Source: Phoronis australis (taxonomy: Eukaryota > Animalia > Phoronida). Taken from it: a DNA stretch of 64,000 nt. Below, piece after piece: positions 38,824 through 52,290 of this stretch. A program made the position numbers and the translations under genes. The notes beneath the pieces are model-generated. The model did no database searches. It was not told the origin of the DNA and saw nothing but the letters and a program-made list of their open reading frames with translations. Within the stretch, counting starts at the first letter, position 1, and the number at the start of each line of letters is the position of its first letter. The stretch covers positions 1 through 64,000 of the forward strand of contig NMRA01000863.1 of assembly GCA_002633005.1 (NCBI GenBank). The letters are read 5' to 3'.

Positions 38824-39514
38824 TCTATCAAACAGCGTATACCCGCACTATACCTATCTTAATCTATTCGAACCCACTCGTATCTGCAGCAAATTATTCG
38901 ATTACTGATGTGTCCTCGAAGAAATGCATGCACAGTGGCTACAAAAACACGGTGTTTAACATGTATATAATCTATCAAGCGGCTAATATCCCACATTAAG
39001 CCGATCTTAATCTACTCGAACCCCTCGTATCTCCAGCATATTTTTCGATTACTGACGTTTACCCGAAAAATTCATGCATAGTCGCTACAAAAACATGGTG
39101 TTTAACATTGATATAATCTGTCGAGCTGCTAATATCCTGCATTGAAGCCGGGCTTAATCGATTCGAACGTCAGACCAAGACGAGATTTCGTCGTGCTCAC
39201 TGGTGTCGTAGGCCTACTCGAAAAAGCGTATTTAATGTCTCATTTCGAGTAGACTCCAAACGCGTACTCAGATCTCAGAACCGTACTCGAGTTGCTATGG
39301 AACACTTCAGTTATGATGTTAAATGCAAAACCACGACAAGTCACGCTGATTCAGCGCTCCCTATATTGGCATCGACTATCCTAGCAACTATGTTATCGTC
39401 AGCTCTCGTTACAATTACAGGAGTATAACGTGGAATGGTGAGTGTTCTGTTACTGATCAATACGCTATTGTCCTACCATTTCTTGATACATTTGTAGAAT
39501 ATAAATAGGTAAAT

Positions 39515-39746
39515 AAAACAACAGGAATGGATCAACTGAGATTTTCGGATGTAATAACGTCCTTTGTCAACAGAAACAGAAATAAAGTAAAATCAAACAC
39601 TAGATGACAATTGACATTTAAGATATGGTGTAATGAATATGATACATTTTTGCGTAAAAAAATTCAATTGCCATTTTATTTCTGTTTCTGTTGACAAAGG
39701 ACGTTATCACATCCGAAAATTTCAGTTGATCCATTCTTGTCGTTTT
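39515..39746. repeat. Inverted repeat / foldback with ~72-bp arms
   Basis: 39515-39586 is a near-perfect reverse complement of 39675-39746. Confidence 0.85.
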
Positions 39747-40043
39747 GGCATGGTCACACCAACGATTGACGGCACATTGAAATTATCTTTTTCATTAATG
39801 CGGTGGTGGGCCGGTGACCTCAGAACGGGAGTCGGGTACCATAGGCCTACCACCAGCCTGCAACCAAATTGCACAATTTCTTTGACGGGAGGTCGAATTT
39901 CAAAAGTTTGTACCTTAATTGCCAGCGGTGGTGTTCTTTTCTAGTAAACCGGTTGTCCACGTCAGCCCGAAACTCCACTGAGTCGACATTTGGGCCGCAG
40001 TTGTTTGGTTACTGGTCAACCCCTGTTCTCTCTTGCATGAAAC

Positions 40044-41138
40044 CAGGAAGAGATAACCAGGAAGGGACAACTAGTTAAACCGCCGTTTTTGGCCTCCTTC
40101 CCCGGACTAATTTCAGGACTTCAGTTTCGTTTAAAAGGAAACAGATGATTTTATCAGAGAGATTAAAGCTTTTTCTATAGAAAGATATCAAAAAACTCAC
40201 TTTGCAACGTTAAACAGTGGTGTAAATGTACTTTGAAAATATCGACTTCAGCGCACGTAATCGCAACTTCCCACACGCAGTCACGGGTATTTAAGCTTTT
40301 CCGTCGATGTATAGATGGCGCAGTAGTCAATTACTCTCTCAATTTGCATATCAAATTTGCATGTGGGAGTTCTGAGACTCTCGTCAGTTGTTGGTCCAGC
40401 GCTTGAGAGAATAAAGCGGTGACCTCCCGCTGAGAGCACGCGCTCATGAAGATACCACTGCTAACTCGATCGCTTCGCAATCAGGAGGTGAAAACACTCG
40501 CATGACCGCAGTTCTGAATTCCAGCTAAGCAAGCCTTATTTCGAGGAGCGGACTTTGAATTGTTTTCGTCCCCTGACAGTGGATCGCAGAGATTAGATAG
40601 AATGAGGTAAACATCGAACTTTCTGCGGCTACCTATCGTGTTGACAAAAGTTTGAAGTGTCAGAACCATAGACGGAGTGCGCGGGATTTCTGTGATTCCT
40701 GTTCTTCAGTTGACGAAAGCATTGCTATCGGCATAAAGAATGACCGTGGGAAATTCATTTTGAGGTGGACACCTGTATCCAAGAATAAATATTAATACTC
40801 TGTAATATCTCACCCTCCGCGTTTCGTTTCTTAGACGTTGCTTGAGGTTGCGGTATCGTGAAACAACACCGTCGGGTGAGAGAAGTTGCACCGAATAATT
40901 GGAATTGGCTGCAGTTCTTTCCTTTAGAATGCCCGGACTCAACTGTGCCGTTTTCTTGGCAAGTCTCTTGCCTGCAGAAATTTTTCTGAGCATTGAAGAC
41001 ATCGACCTTCTCTTGCGCCAATCAACCTTTTATCTGCTACAGAAATGTTATGCCTAATTTTCTACCATTTTAGCACACTTTGTGGCTCTGCCATAATCGT
41101 AATACTGAATTCCGTTACAGTATGCATACTTGGAAGTT
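40044..41138. repeat. Inverted copy of 55698-56793
   Basis: Track ORFs 40481-40669(-) and 40706-41021(-) mirror 56169-56357(+) and 55815-56129(+). Ends matched by eye. Confidence 0.9.
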
Positions 41139-43563
41139 AGTTTTGCTAGATGTTTTTCCAAATTAAGCCACAGCAGTTGTTCATAATTAAATGCCTCAAA
41201 TTCCTCGACGCCATGGACATTTCCGTCAACACAAAACGCACCCTTTCCATTCTTAAAAATTCGTATTTGTGCTATAATTGCTTCGAAGGACCGGCAGTAA
41301 CCGTGGCTGGAATGTCGGCAGCTTCGCGACTAAGTATACAGCTAACTCCTGTTGAAATTCTCCATACTTCCAAATTCTTGTTTGCAGGTGCTGGTAATTG
41401 CCTTCAATAGTTTTCATAATAAGAGACTAGAAATGCGAGTTGTCACTGCCTTACATTTGCAATGGCCACCTTGCTACATTCGACTTGCGCAATAGCCGAA
41501 TTAGTGTCCACATTTGTGGTCACGTGCCGGATACAGGCCCATGAGACAAGTTGCAGCAACAAATTCAGTACGAATCCATCAACCGTTTTACACGCACAAT
41601 TAAATGTGCAAAACTGCTCCTGTATTTCTCAAACCTTTAATTTAATGCTCAAGCTATACAACGAGTGCGTGTTGAAACACAACATTGACCTTGGACCAAC
41701 GAAAGACTCCTTGCATCAGGACCTTAGTAAGCGGGGGGAGGGCGAGTGCCACCCAAAAAAATTGCATGCCTCAGGGTCAAACCATGGCAACCGACAAAGA
41801 TGTGGGGCTGGGGAAAGACAAAAAAGAAAGACTTCGAATACTGATCAGAGGGAAAATTCAAGAGAACATTGACAACTCGGTATCAGTGTATGGTTTACCA
41901 TTTGAGGGCCCTGGCCAGGACAATTGTTGCTAGGGTCTCCGTTTTTGCAGCATAGGTCGTCTAAGCGCCCTTGAAAATGTGCATTTAATCATTCATACAT
42001 GTATTTCGAAAAGTCGAGAAAATTTGTGAAGCAAAAGTTTTGCGGAGCGCATTAATTCAGTCCAAGTTTTTCAGTGGTCCATAGGCTGTGCACTACAGGG
42101 GGCTGAAGGGGCTTTAGCCCCCATGTTTGTCAGTGCTGCGCCCTCTATACACCTCCGACATGACACTGCCAACTACTCACGAGGGGAAGTTGAGATTCCA
42201 AATTCACCAAAAACACAAAACACTCGTGCACAGCACAGAAGCTGTCTTGTAAGAAATGGCGATGCGTCACTGAACTTAGTTGAAGGCTGAAGGCTGACTT
42301 GCAAAAATTCGATCCATCATCAGACCACCATATCGCAAAGGACACTAAACGACAACAGTGATATTCATGAATGTCGGGCAGCTCTAAATGCTTTATTGAA
42401 TTAAAAAGTAAACTAATGAAATTCAAAAATTTATAAACCGTAGATCGAAAAAGAAGTTCAAGTCATTGCTCATAACTTTGCACTTCCTTGATGCTGTAGT
42501 CCCCAGTAGTATTGTGCAATGAATTTAGGTTCTTCTGAACAGAATCGTTTGCTTGCCATTCCCGTGCATACTGCAAAGGCTGGACACGTCGTGACTCAGT
42601 GACGCACCCACAGTAAAGGTGTAGTCCTGCAGTAGGCTGCCCGCGTAGAATCCGCTCACAGTGATTGACGGGAAAATAACTTGAACTGCAGGGGTTTAAC
42701 ATGAAGTGTGTGCATTTTTGGGACACGAGTTCATTTTCCCAGCCCCCCGGCAGAAGCTGGACCAGTGGCCGTGTTTCAACAAGAAATTTTGATACAGCTC
42801 TACAGGCCAAGGATTTCGTGATCATACCTTTCAAAAAATTTTCAGGAAATGACCGTATTAAAATGAACTTTTCCCGAAACTGGGTCAAAAAACGACCTTT
42901 GACCCAGAACACGGGTATACACTGTAGGTTCGAGTTAAGCCGCACGTCTCAAATGAATCATAGCGGAGCTGACCAGCGACTAGCATTAGTTCGTCGAATT
43001 GAGCATGCATGGATCAGACTTCGGCGGCGACGCCACGACACCGGTTACCGTGGCGGGAGCAGCTAATTTCTTGGCTAATTTCTTGACAAAATAACACGAC
43101 CTGCTTCTAAATCTGGATTTAAGCAAAATGACGAAGTCCACTCATACACACATGCAAGCGTATCCAAATACAATTGAAGGTATTTTCATGTGAAACCATT
43201 CAATGTTCTAATTTTCTTAGATCTACCCAATCAGGTAGAACTGCGTTTCAAGGGATTCACTATAAGCACCTGAGGGTTCAAATTGGAAGCTCGCGTCGTA
43301 TGACGTCATATGACGCAGGAGATGCGAGCCTCATTTGCATATATTAGTGACATCTGTTGGTTCAAAAAAGAGGATCATTGCCCGAGTACATGCCTGGGAA
43401 GAGGCATCTTGTGGAAGGGTAAAACATGTCATGTTCAAAGCATCCTAGTGCCATTAATATGCAGTCTTTGAGTTAAGCTTTCAAACACAATGCTTGGATT
43501 CCAGACGACTTTAACATTTACTTTTGAAATCACGTTTGAAAATACGTTAAAATGCGCTAAAAC

Positions 43564-46030
43564 AGTTGTCCCTTCCTGGTTATCTCTTCATGATAAAACC
43601 CATTGCCGCGTAAGCCTATGCTGATGTCAAAACTTTGATACTGAATGTGTGTCTTTTACCGGGTTGAATCAAGTTAGTTGACAATTAGTGGCGCGTGAGT
43701 TAAAAACACTACATGTAGTACACTAGACCTACATGTATAGGCAGGCATGCCGAGCTCATCAGTGAACGGGACGAGACGTCTGCTCATAAATCGGCAAAAA
43801 AACCTGGAATATCATTCGGGGATTGAGGAATTATTGATGACTAAACTATTATTTGAAATCTGACAGGGAAGCAAATTGTTTTCATTAACTTTCCTAACCG
43901 TACAAACTGTTGCACACGCACTTCGTCTTCAATCACGGCAATCCCCACCCCACAGCTGCTTTGACCCTTGTAATGACTCGTCGACTGGACATGGGATTAA
44001 CATTCGTCACTTGCCAGGAATCGTAGTAAGAAGGACTTTAAAAATGGCGGCAATGAAGTGCAGTGAGTATGAAGTGTGAGTCTTAGTATGATTCGAGTCT
44101 GAATACGGAGATTGGAGACCGGGGCCAGGTAAACCAGAAGCACATGTCTTGGATTGTATTTTTAAAATTATAATTTAAATAAGATACTGAGAATTTGTAA
44201 CATATTTTTTCTCGTCTTAATAATTGAAAACGGCAGCTAAATATAATAATCTCTTCTGCATACAAACTATCCCAGAAGCAATAGAGAGGAACTCGTGGGG
44301 GCATGCGCATTGAGATTTGCACATTCGCTATTGGACGTTTTGTTGTATTTAGACGTATGAGCACACGGGATTTCGAACATTCAACGTTTCATCGTTGTAG
44401 TTTGTCCTCTTTGTATTTCAATGACACCGAAGCAGATGTCACAGGAAAGGTCTGATTTAATTTTAGAAGCTCATCAACTTCGACTGACAAAGCGATTTGT
44501 TATTTTTCACACGCATGTTTTTCAGTCATTCAATTCAAATTTTCAGGAAACCCTTGCCTGTTTGAAGCAGCTGTTTGTTCAAAACCATTCTATCCGGTAT
44601 ATCGTTTGCCTAATTTTGGTCAAATTTCTAGAAACGTGACGTGGGTGAGATTTTTCATGGCTTCTGCCGTGCGCCAAATAGCACATTTTGGCGAAAGACA
44701 TTTTAGTACACAGGTGCATGTTGATTGCATGGAAAAGCTTTTGAGTAACCTCAAAGGGTATAGCTAGTTAAGAATCTTGATAATACATACCAAGTTAAGT
44801 AATGCATAAAATGCCATAATGTTTACCTCCTTCATGATATCAAATTAAAAAGCTTTTTGAGACCGATTTTGTACCTCGGCTGAGATCAGAAAATCATTGA
44901 ATTTTCCCGTCTATTTTCGTGACGCGGGTTCACTGTGCATCAGTTGAGGAACGACTCCTCAATGACGGCCATGTCCTTGAAAACGTAATAGTGTCATCGT
45001 GAACGTAAAAGCTGTGTTATATTGTTTGATTGTTTTTGATTCTCATGTTGGTTCTTTTGATACAAACTTAATTATCTAGTTTCTAAATTTGATCTGCTCT
45101 TTGCATATGACAATTGGTATTTAATGTTATCATATGTCTGTGAATACGTCGCATCCCTCGGCGCAGACAACACTACCGAGGTGCCCTGACTCATCGTGAG
45201 GGTACGTCAAATTGCAGCAACAGTACCCCTTCTGGTAATGAATTAGAAGAAAAAATTTCTAGATCGACAAACGTCTGCATATCGGTGTAATTATTATTCC
45301 TTGGTATAATCTGAAGTAGAAAATTTCACTCAACTTTCGGGAAATTGTGTCCGTGCAAATGCATATTTCGACCTCTGACTTCAGACCGCCGAAGCAGTGC
45401 CAAAGATACTCTTTGGCAGTGCCGTTCGAAATCTCTGTTAACTAGTTTAGATCTATGAAAATTCATGAAATTTAGCTGAGTGAGCTTTTTGGAGGTATTT
45501 AGTGTAGACCTACAGGATGAACTAACTCTGACAAAAAAATCAGCTCCACTACAAGCCCAGACTAAATGCTTTGTAATGCAGTGCTTTAATGGCACGCGGG
45601 TGAGTGGCTCCCAGACAGATGATCGTCTTGTCGGTTTATAAAAAAACTAAAAATACGCTCTATGCAATTTTAAAGGTTAATGGCTGTATACTCCCAAGTA
45701 GCATAAAGGAAATAATTTCCAAACTTTTTACATTGTCTATATGTCAGTGATTATCTTTTTGACTGAACCGACAACACCTCACAGGTCTTAGCACTCCTTG
45801 GAAATTTCAGCCAAAGCAATAGGAATTTTGTCAGCGAAATGACTTATATGACCGTTAAAGCCATTTCTGGGTCACGGGTTTATACTGCATTATGTTAGCA
45901 AAATTTTGAAACCTCGTTAGTATTTAAAATTTCGAATTATATTCTGAAAATTTCCCGGCAGCGAGCTTTTGTTTACATATCGCCCATCACCAATATGGCG
46001 GATCGTGACGCGCTGCTTGGTCGTCTCATT
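43564..46030. repeat. Direct copy of 56765-59209
   Basis: Colinear from AGTTGTCCCTTCCTGG to CGTCTCATT. Confidence 0.9.
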
Positions 46031-46739
46031 GATCATGATCATGGTATGGAACGCCACTTATTGGCCATTCTCTTTTTATCGACAACTCAGTGACTGTTCT
46101 TTTTCCACAGTTGTGTAAATTTCATAGCGTATTATTGTTATGAGGTTTTAGTGAAGAATCGACAAGAAAATAGCAAAACGCCGCGTTTGTAACGAGCGAC
46201 ACTAGTTCTCAAGACGAAACCTTTTTGTTAATCAAATTAGGAGGATGACGCAACATGACTTTGATCTCTATCACATGGAATTGTTTTCGTGGTAACTTGA
46301 ATTTTGTGCTCGTCCTCTTAGTGCCGCGGTGTTAGGTGTGGAACAATTGCATAATTTTGTGCATTCAAATTACATTAATGAATCGGAGAACTTCTAGCGG
46401 AAACCCTAGCGCCGATATCACGTTAAGTTATTATTGCTATTACTTAATGTACGTCTAGCTACAACAGCTCAAAAAGCAGGTGACGAAAACACGCTTACTA
46501 GAGTATGTTCAGTCTTAAACTGGTGCTTTGGGCACTGAATGGGATCAGGGTCAGAGGCGAGGAAAGCAAATAATCTGCCGATCAATGAGGTCGAGTTTGT
46601 CGCAATCAACCAGCTCTTGCAATTCATGACAGAAGAAAAGAAAAGTTTACAGTACTCATTGTGTCTCTTTATTCAGTGTATATTTCCACATATCTGGATT
46701 ATGGCCCAATGTAGGGACAGGTTTTACTGATTAACGTTC

Positions 46740-48927
46740 TCAATACCCCCTTGTAGGCATAGGTACGTTGAGGCGAAGATCGGTGTCTGTATTTCTCTCG
46801 ACGTCCAAGAATCTCTTTTCATTGTTGATCGTGCGGCGCTCGACTTTGGCCGCCTTGGCTGGATCAGTGCAGCAAGCCTTAGCTTCCGTGACGCTAAAAC
46901 AACAATGACCTTTTTTATTCGATTGCCCGCGGGAAAATGTGAAACAACGAATCCAAGCTGGGTACCTAAACTACACGGTTGACGGGTAAACACGGTCACG
47001 GACGCATGAACACGACTCACGGACACCGTCCACTGACTCACGAACACGGGAACGGACTCACCAACCCGACCCATTCACCCAAATACACGGGATACGGACT
47101 CACATTCACGAAGAAACACCGTGGTTAACGAACCGCAAAAAACCATACGGTTTATGGACAAAATGTCAGCTGACCCAGGAATACGATGAGTCCGTGACCC
47201 GTGTTTGGCGGTCCGTTAACCGTGTTCCTCGTGAATACGAGTCAGTGTCCCGTGTATGTGGGTGAATGGATCGTGTTTTTTGAGTCCGTTACCCGTGTTT
47301 GTGAGTCAGTGGACGGTGTTTGCAGGTACGTGAGTCGTGTTCATGCGTCCGTGACCGTGTATTTTAGGTACCTTGGAATCTAGAAAAATATCGATGTCAC
47401 ATACGGCCAGTTTGAACTCAGAAATCTAGTTGTGCAGGTGCGTAGTATGCCCTTGCTTTTTTACGAGTCATAACAGTAGGCCGTACTAGCATAACTGTTC
47501 ATAGCTGTTATATTTTATGTGGTGAGAGGAATAAAAACTCAGCTCATGATGATAACAACTAGTCTAAATCTATTCCAATGTGGCGGCTTGCATTACAACA
47601 ACGTTTTCTTACAAATGCGAGACTTAAACTAAAAACATACAAACATCACAATAGCAATAAAATGTAATGTGTGTACCGACAAGTACACGTGTACGGTATA
47701 CGTGACTTCATAGCTACAAGCCTACCCTTACCCCTAACAGCAATGACATTGGAAGTTAAACAAAGCCAAGCCCTGTTTAGCCCATTTGTTAGCTGGGTAG
47801 ACAATAGACAATCCTGCGGAAGGGGCGGAGCTCTCAAACTTCATAGTTTTAACAGGTTTGTCTAATGCTTTGATGTGGCATCTCTTGTGTAAAACGAAAT
47901 ATTATTTCTGCAAGCTAGCTGGCTAATTGATTACTAACGTAGTACAATAGGCCAAAACAGGGCTTGACATTGTTTTGATGGATGATCGGATAGCGGTGCT
48001 GTTGAGATACCGGAAGTCACGTACGCGACTGAAGTCACGTATACAGTGCACGAATTCTCAGTTGTCGGCACAAGCATTACATTTTAATACTGTGAGCAGT
48101 TGTGTTGGTACGGGCCTTAGTGACAATGTTGTTCCCAGTGGCCTTTGATATTCATAGTGTTAGTACGACCGGAGAGTTGGAGTAATTAGTCTATCACGTT
48201 TCTTGTAAAAGTAACTGCACTTGTTGATCCTAAATTTTTAATGAAGAATGTAATTCTATCAAACGCCACCTCAGGTACAACTAATTATTAATGATGTATA
48301 ATTTTGGATGAATGCCTGACTAAATTATCGGCACAATTGTCTGATGTACGTGCCCGAATTTTGAGAACCAGTTTTCCCCACGGGCATCAAACTGGTTCTC
48401 AAAATGCGGGCACGTTATATATCAGACGATTGCCAAATTATCTACAGCAACTGTGAAGGATCCATATTTGAAAAGTATTTGTCTTGATACGGTAGAAATC
48501 TTTTGAATCATTGAAATTACTTCACTGTTGGTTTAAGTAGTCACTTATATAACCTCTCTACACTCTGTTAGATTTCGCATTTTGGCAACACTCTTGGATT
48601 ATAAAATTTAAAAAATTGGTTCAAAACTGTCAGGTTTACAAAACGATAATTGGCATGTACAAAGTAAACAAATCAACGCAAAAAAATTCCACGCATGCGC
48701 GGCGCAACCTCAGCAGCACGAGATCGAAATATCATCGCGTTACAGGGCTGCGATTTGAATGCTCAAACTGATAATTTTATAGGAAAGTCCAACCGGGTGT
48801 TAGCGAAGGAGGCATTGTGACTTTCATGCTCCCTGTGTATATTTATATTGCTGGATAACACAATCACTCACGTAGCTGAGAACATCACGGTGACAATCAA
48901 CAGGGCAATGATGTATACCGTCTTCAT
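46740..48927 (-). CDS. Small secreted peptide precursor, gene 3; complement(join(46740..46893,48872..48927)), 69 aa
   Basis: MKTVYIIALLIVTVMFSATVTEAKACCTDPAKAAKVERRTINNEKRFLDVERNTDTDLRLNVPMPTRGY*. Exon 2 spans 48872-48962 (CTTTTACAG acceptor, GTGAGT donor) with the same phase-2 intron. Acceptor TTGTTGTTTTAG. AATAAA at 46668-46673, in a 3' UTR similar to genes 1 and 2. Exon 1 at ~52291-52321. Confidence 0.8.
46961..47372. mobile_element. Foldback MITE (almost fully palindromic)
   Basis: GGTACCTAAA...TTTAGGTACC termini. ACACGG/ACGGACTCAC units are mirrored by CCGTGT/GAGTCCGT units. Confidence 0.8.
47646..48096. mobile_element. MITE/foldback with ~60-bp imperfect TIRs and an inner inverted repeat
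   Basis: AAAATGTAATG..CCGACAA..GTATACGTGACTTC versus GAAGTCACGTATAC..TTGTCGG..CATTACATTTT. Inner pair CAAGCCCTGTTT / AAACAGGGCTTG. Confidence 0.65.
48330..48434. repeat. ~105-bp hairpin, possible Crypton-like terminus
   Basis: ACGTGCCCGAATTTTGAGAACCAGTTT / AAACTGGTTCTCAAAATGCGGGCACGT. Confidence 0.75.
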
Positions 48928-51900
48928 TATCGTCTGTTTGGCTCTTCTGTTGATATCTCAGGCTGTAAAAGGACCGTGACATGTTCAGTCCCATGGAAAT
49001 AATTTTCAATACATGGTAAAATATATGTATCATACATACATACATTAATAAGTCACGTTTCGCTCAGTTTACTGAATAGAAACGAAAATCGAATTAGCCT
49101 TTCACTCAAAAACAATCGGTCTCATATTCCTTGCAATGAGAGCATTCCATTTATTATGTTAAATCAACAGGCAATACACAGGTGAGCCGATTTCAAAGTC
49201 GGAATTTTTAGTTTGTGCAATCTAAATAAACGCCGAACGTTCCACCATGACACTGTTTCTCAAAAGGAATTTTAATTATCAATACATCAAAAGTCTTAAG
49301 AGATTTAATAGCCTTTACTATACCTGTTGCGAAGAAAAAAAGGCAAAAAATAAAAAATCTTTTTCTGTTCTCGCGACGGTGCAATAATGAGGAGCGTTGT
49401 GAGGATAGTCCGGGAAGAATCGCCTTCTTCAGACATAAAAAGTTCGCTTGTGGAGGCTGTAGTAACAGCAACTGGACCGAGAACATCTCTGTGTTCAAAT
49501 TTCTTTAAGACGTGAAAGTTGCACAGAAATGGCATCGACTTTGTGCGCCGTACGAGTTTGTGGGATGTTAGTGTGGAACATACTATTTGGTCGGGAGCCA
49601 CCATTTGTTCGGCACATTTCAAGAAATCTTATTCAACCAAACACAAAAGCGCGGCGTTACGATGAAGGACTCGCCACCTTGAAAGTAACGCCAGTGCTTT
49701 CATTCTGGTGCAAGTAATCACAGGCCCTCATCCCTGGCCCAGATCGAGTGCTACGACACGTACGAGGCTTATGCTTGTATAGTGTTCAGACAGTGCTCGT
49801 TTCGTCATGGCAATGGTGAATACGAGTGACCCGGGTTTACTGGGGCATTTGTCAGTGATTATTAAGTGTCAGTTTCGCATGTTACTTGTCCAGTTCTTGC
49901 TCAGAAACGTCCTCATCTTCTGACCTGCTGAGTTTCGCTATTCCAGTTGATAGTCATATGACCAAGCGTCTTCCACGCATTACTTCACTTGGCGGTAAAC
50001 TTGGAAATAACGATTTTTTCATCAAAATTAAAAAAATCTACACTATTTGGCATAAAAGGTGCTCCTTTTGTTAGATTTTATGGCATTCATTTCATATTCG
50101 CTCACTGACACCTCAAACTGAAAACTATGAAGATGCATGTTGGGAACTCTAAGTTGCTGATGATTTCGATATCAAGTTGTTGTTAACCCAAAGAGAAGTC
50201 CTTCACAGAAATGAAAGGGACCGACTTGATAAAGAGTTTAGAGACCTAATTCGGTTTTCGTTTTTAAGGCAGTTAAATAGAGAGAAATGCCGTTTTAAAG
50301 CAATTGCAATTATTCGTGAAGTTACAGAACGCAAAATTTACGTAGCGTGTATGACATCCTTCCTTCACCCGGTGAGGCCTGCAATTTCGCGTTTGGGATT
50401 GTGTCTTGAGTAATACGAACTCCTCACGAATAATCTTGGACAAATTGTCGGAAAACGATTCTAGCACGATCTGAAATACATGTATGTCAGTCCATGATAC
50501 GTTTTCGTGAGAACTGAATTTTGTCCGAGAAACCTCAATACTCAAGCGATTCTGTAGCCTTATTGACGAAAGTTCGCATAAAATAACGTAGCTGGCTTTT
50601 GCGCTTTTGACATACATGTAATGCGTCTGTAAATTTGTTTTTTGTGCGTAGTAAATATTTGGCAGAGATTGCTATTTACTGCAAAATATTAGGAAAACAA
50701 TATAAATTTAGAATATTATATCAGACAATCGTTCTGACATCACTTCGAATTGCACGCCACAATCTCTGAGTCATCCACGACGAATCTTCCATCAAGTACG
50801 TGCAAGGACAACAAAAAAATACCGGCGAGTATGATATCAAGCATTCAATTGCGAGTCGAATAATCGATCAATCGTTTGAAGAAAAATCAGATCTGGCGAT
50901 CATAATGTCATTTGTAAGAATCACGTGGATTTCGTGGTCTGTACATGGAGTTGTGGTCGTTATTCGTACGTATGATGTTGTGGTTCGTACAGTTACCGGT
51001 GGAGGCCATTTACACAACACAAAATAACACCAAAGGCTTATTCACAAATGGGTCTAGTGAATATATTAAAGTCCAGTCTCCCTGCCTGCTTTGTGGGACT
51101 GGTTGACAATCAATGGGGAGTCGTCGGAACCACGTCGACGTTCTGGTACGGCCCAAGGAACTAATGTGTCTGTTGCTCTGTGATAGGGGGATTATACCGG
51201 AGCGCCAAGGGCGGCGTTACACATCTTACTGATCAATTTGTAAGCCACCTACATGTATAACCGCAGGAAAGTCTGAAGTACATGTAGTAAAGTGGGGGCA
51301 AATATCAAATTAAAAGGACAGACAAAGCTAGCGTAACGAATAGCTCGTAGTTTTTTAATGTATAAAATTATTGTTCTTCAACTGAAGTGAAAGGCGTCAG
51401 TGAAATACATCAATCTAACGTCTTCTCTGTCGTAGCTACCCCCACTCCTGTAAACATTGACTGCACACTTTTATCAGTGCATGCATCGTCTGTCCATAGC
51501 CCTGCCACCCGACGTATGTAGGTGCACTGATACGCGTAAAATGTAACAATTTACGTCATTGTTACATTTTACGTTGCTAGGCCTCTCCTAAAATTACAAA
51601 AATGATTACACGGTGGATATCCTCAAATTTAGATGAAAGTCGAGAGTAAAATAGTGCGGTCTGAATCAAGTTAATTTCTTCTTAGCAAACTACAGATGGA
51701 TATATATTGATATCTACAAACAATACAGTGCTGAGAAATTTAATTTGATTGCGTTTTGAAAAATTGCTTCCCAGTTTTTTTTGTTATTGAAAAAAAAACA
51801 ACAATGAAAAGGATGCATTTTCTTTTTTACAGCCCATTAGAATAGTTTAATTGATATTACACCATCGGTTTGTGATTCTTTCTTATCGCGTCTTACGGAA

Positions 51901-52290
51901 CTGCTGTGTCTAAAAATCGTTTTAATTGTGTAACCGTTGTAAGTAATGATATTAACGGTTTTGTAGGACCCTCGGAAATTGGTCAAATTTGGCAAATGTT
52001 GGAACATAATACTTTAGAAATGGCTGGTCGAAATTCACATGAAACTTTTAGATGTCATATATGATATGGCAGTTTAGAGTGTCCGGCAAGTTTTTGGCAT
52101 TTTCAATCATGAGGAGTCTCGATATTACTCGTGACGAATGCAAAGGTTCCGTGCATCATGCCTCTGACTGGTGTTTCACTTCCGTTTACTTATCGTCGAC
52201 TAGCTCTTCTAGTTCTGTCCAGTTATTCTATCGCTGACAGGTTGTCGTCACGTATAAAAGCAGAATTGTTCCAAAAAACGATGTACTTAC

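Larger units (their letters stand above)
29492..39177. repeat. Segmental duplication copy B (~9.7 kb), containing peptide gene 2
   Basis: Colinear with 12846-22617. Confidence 0.95.

Noticed and set aside
40341-40362. Double octamer ATTTGCAT (also ~43333) suggesting an snRNA or histone promoter
   Set aside because: No snRNA or histone sequence is recognisable nearby, and the motifs are degraded in the duplicate copy.
42463-42945. 160-aa ORF and overlapping opposite-strand ORF
   Set aside because: No recognisable domain or splice structure. Probably decayed transposon sequence.
43745-43800. Hammerhead ribozyme (minus-strand CTGATGAG; also CTGACGAG at ~56451)
   Set aside because: No stem II followed by GAAA, so the catalytic core is incomplete.
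49170-50650. Insertion in gene-3 intron 1 with faint THAP-like words (LCNFH, LKKAILP)
   Set aside because: Too degraded to assign, and termini not found.
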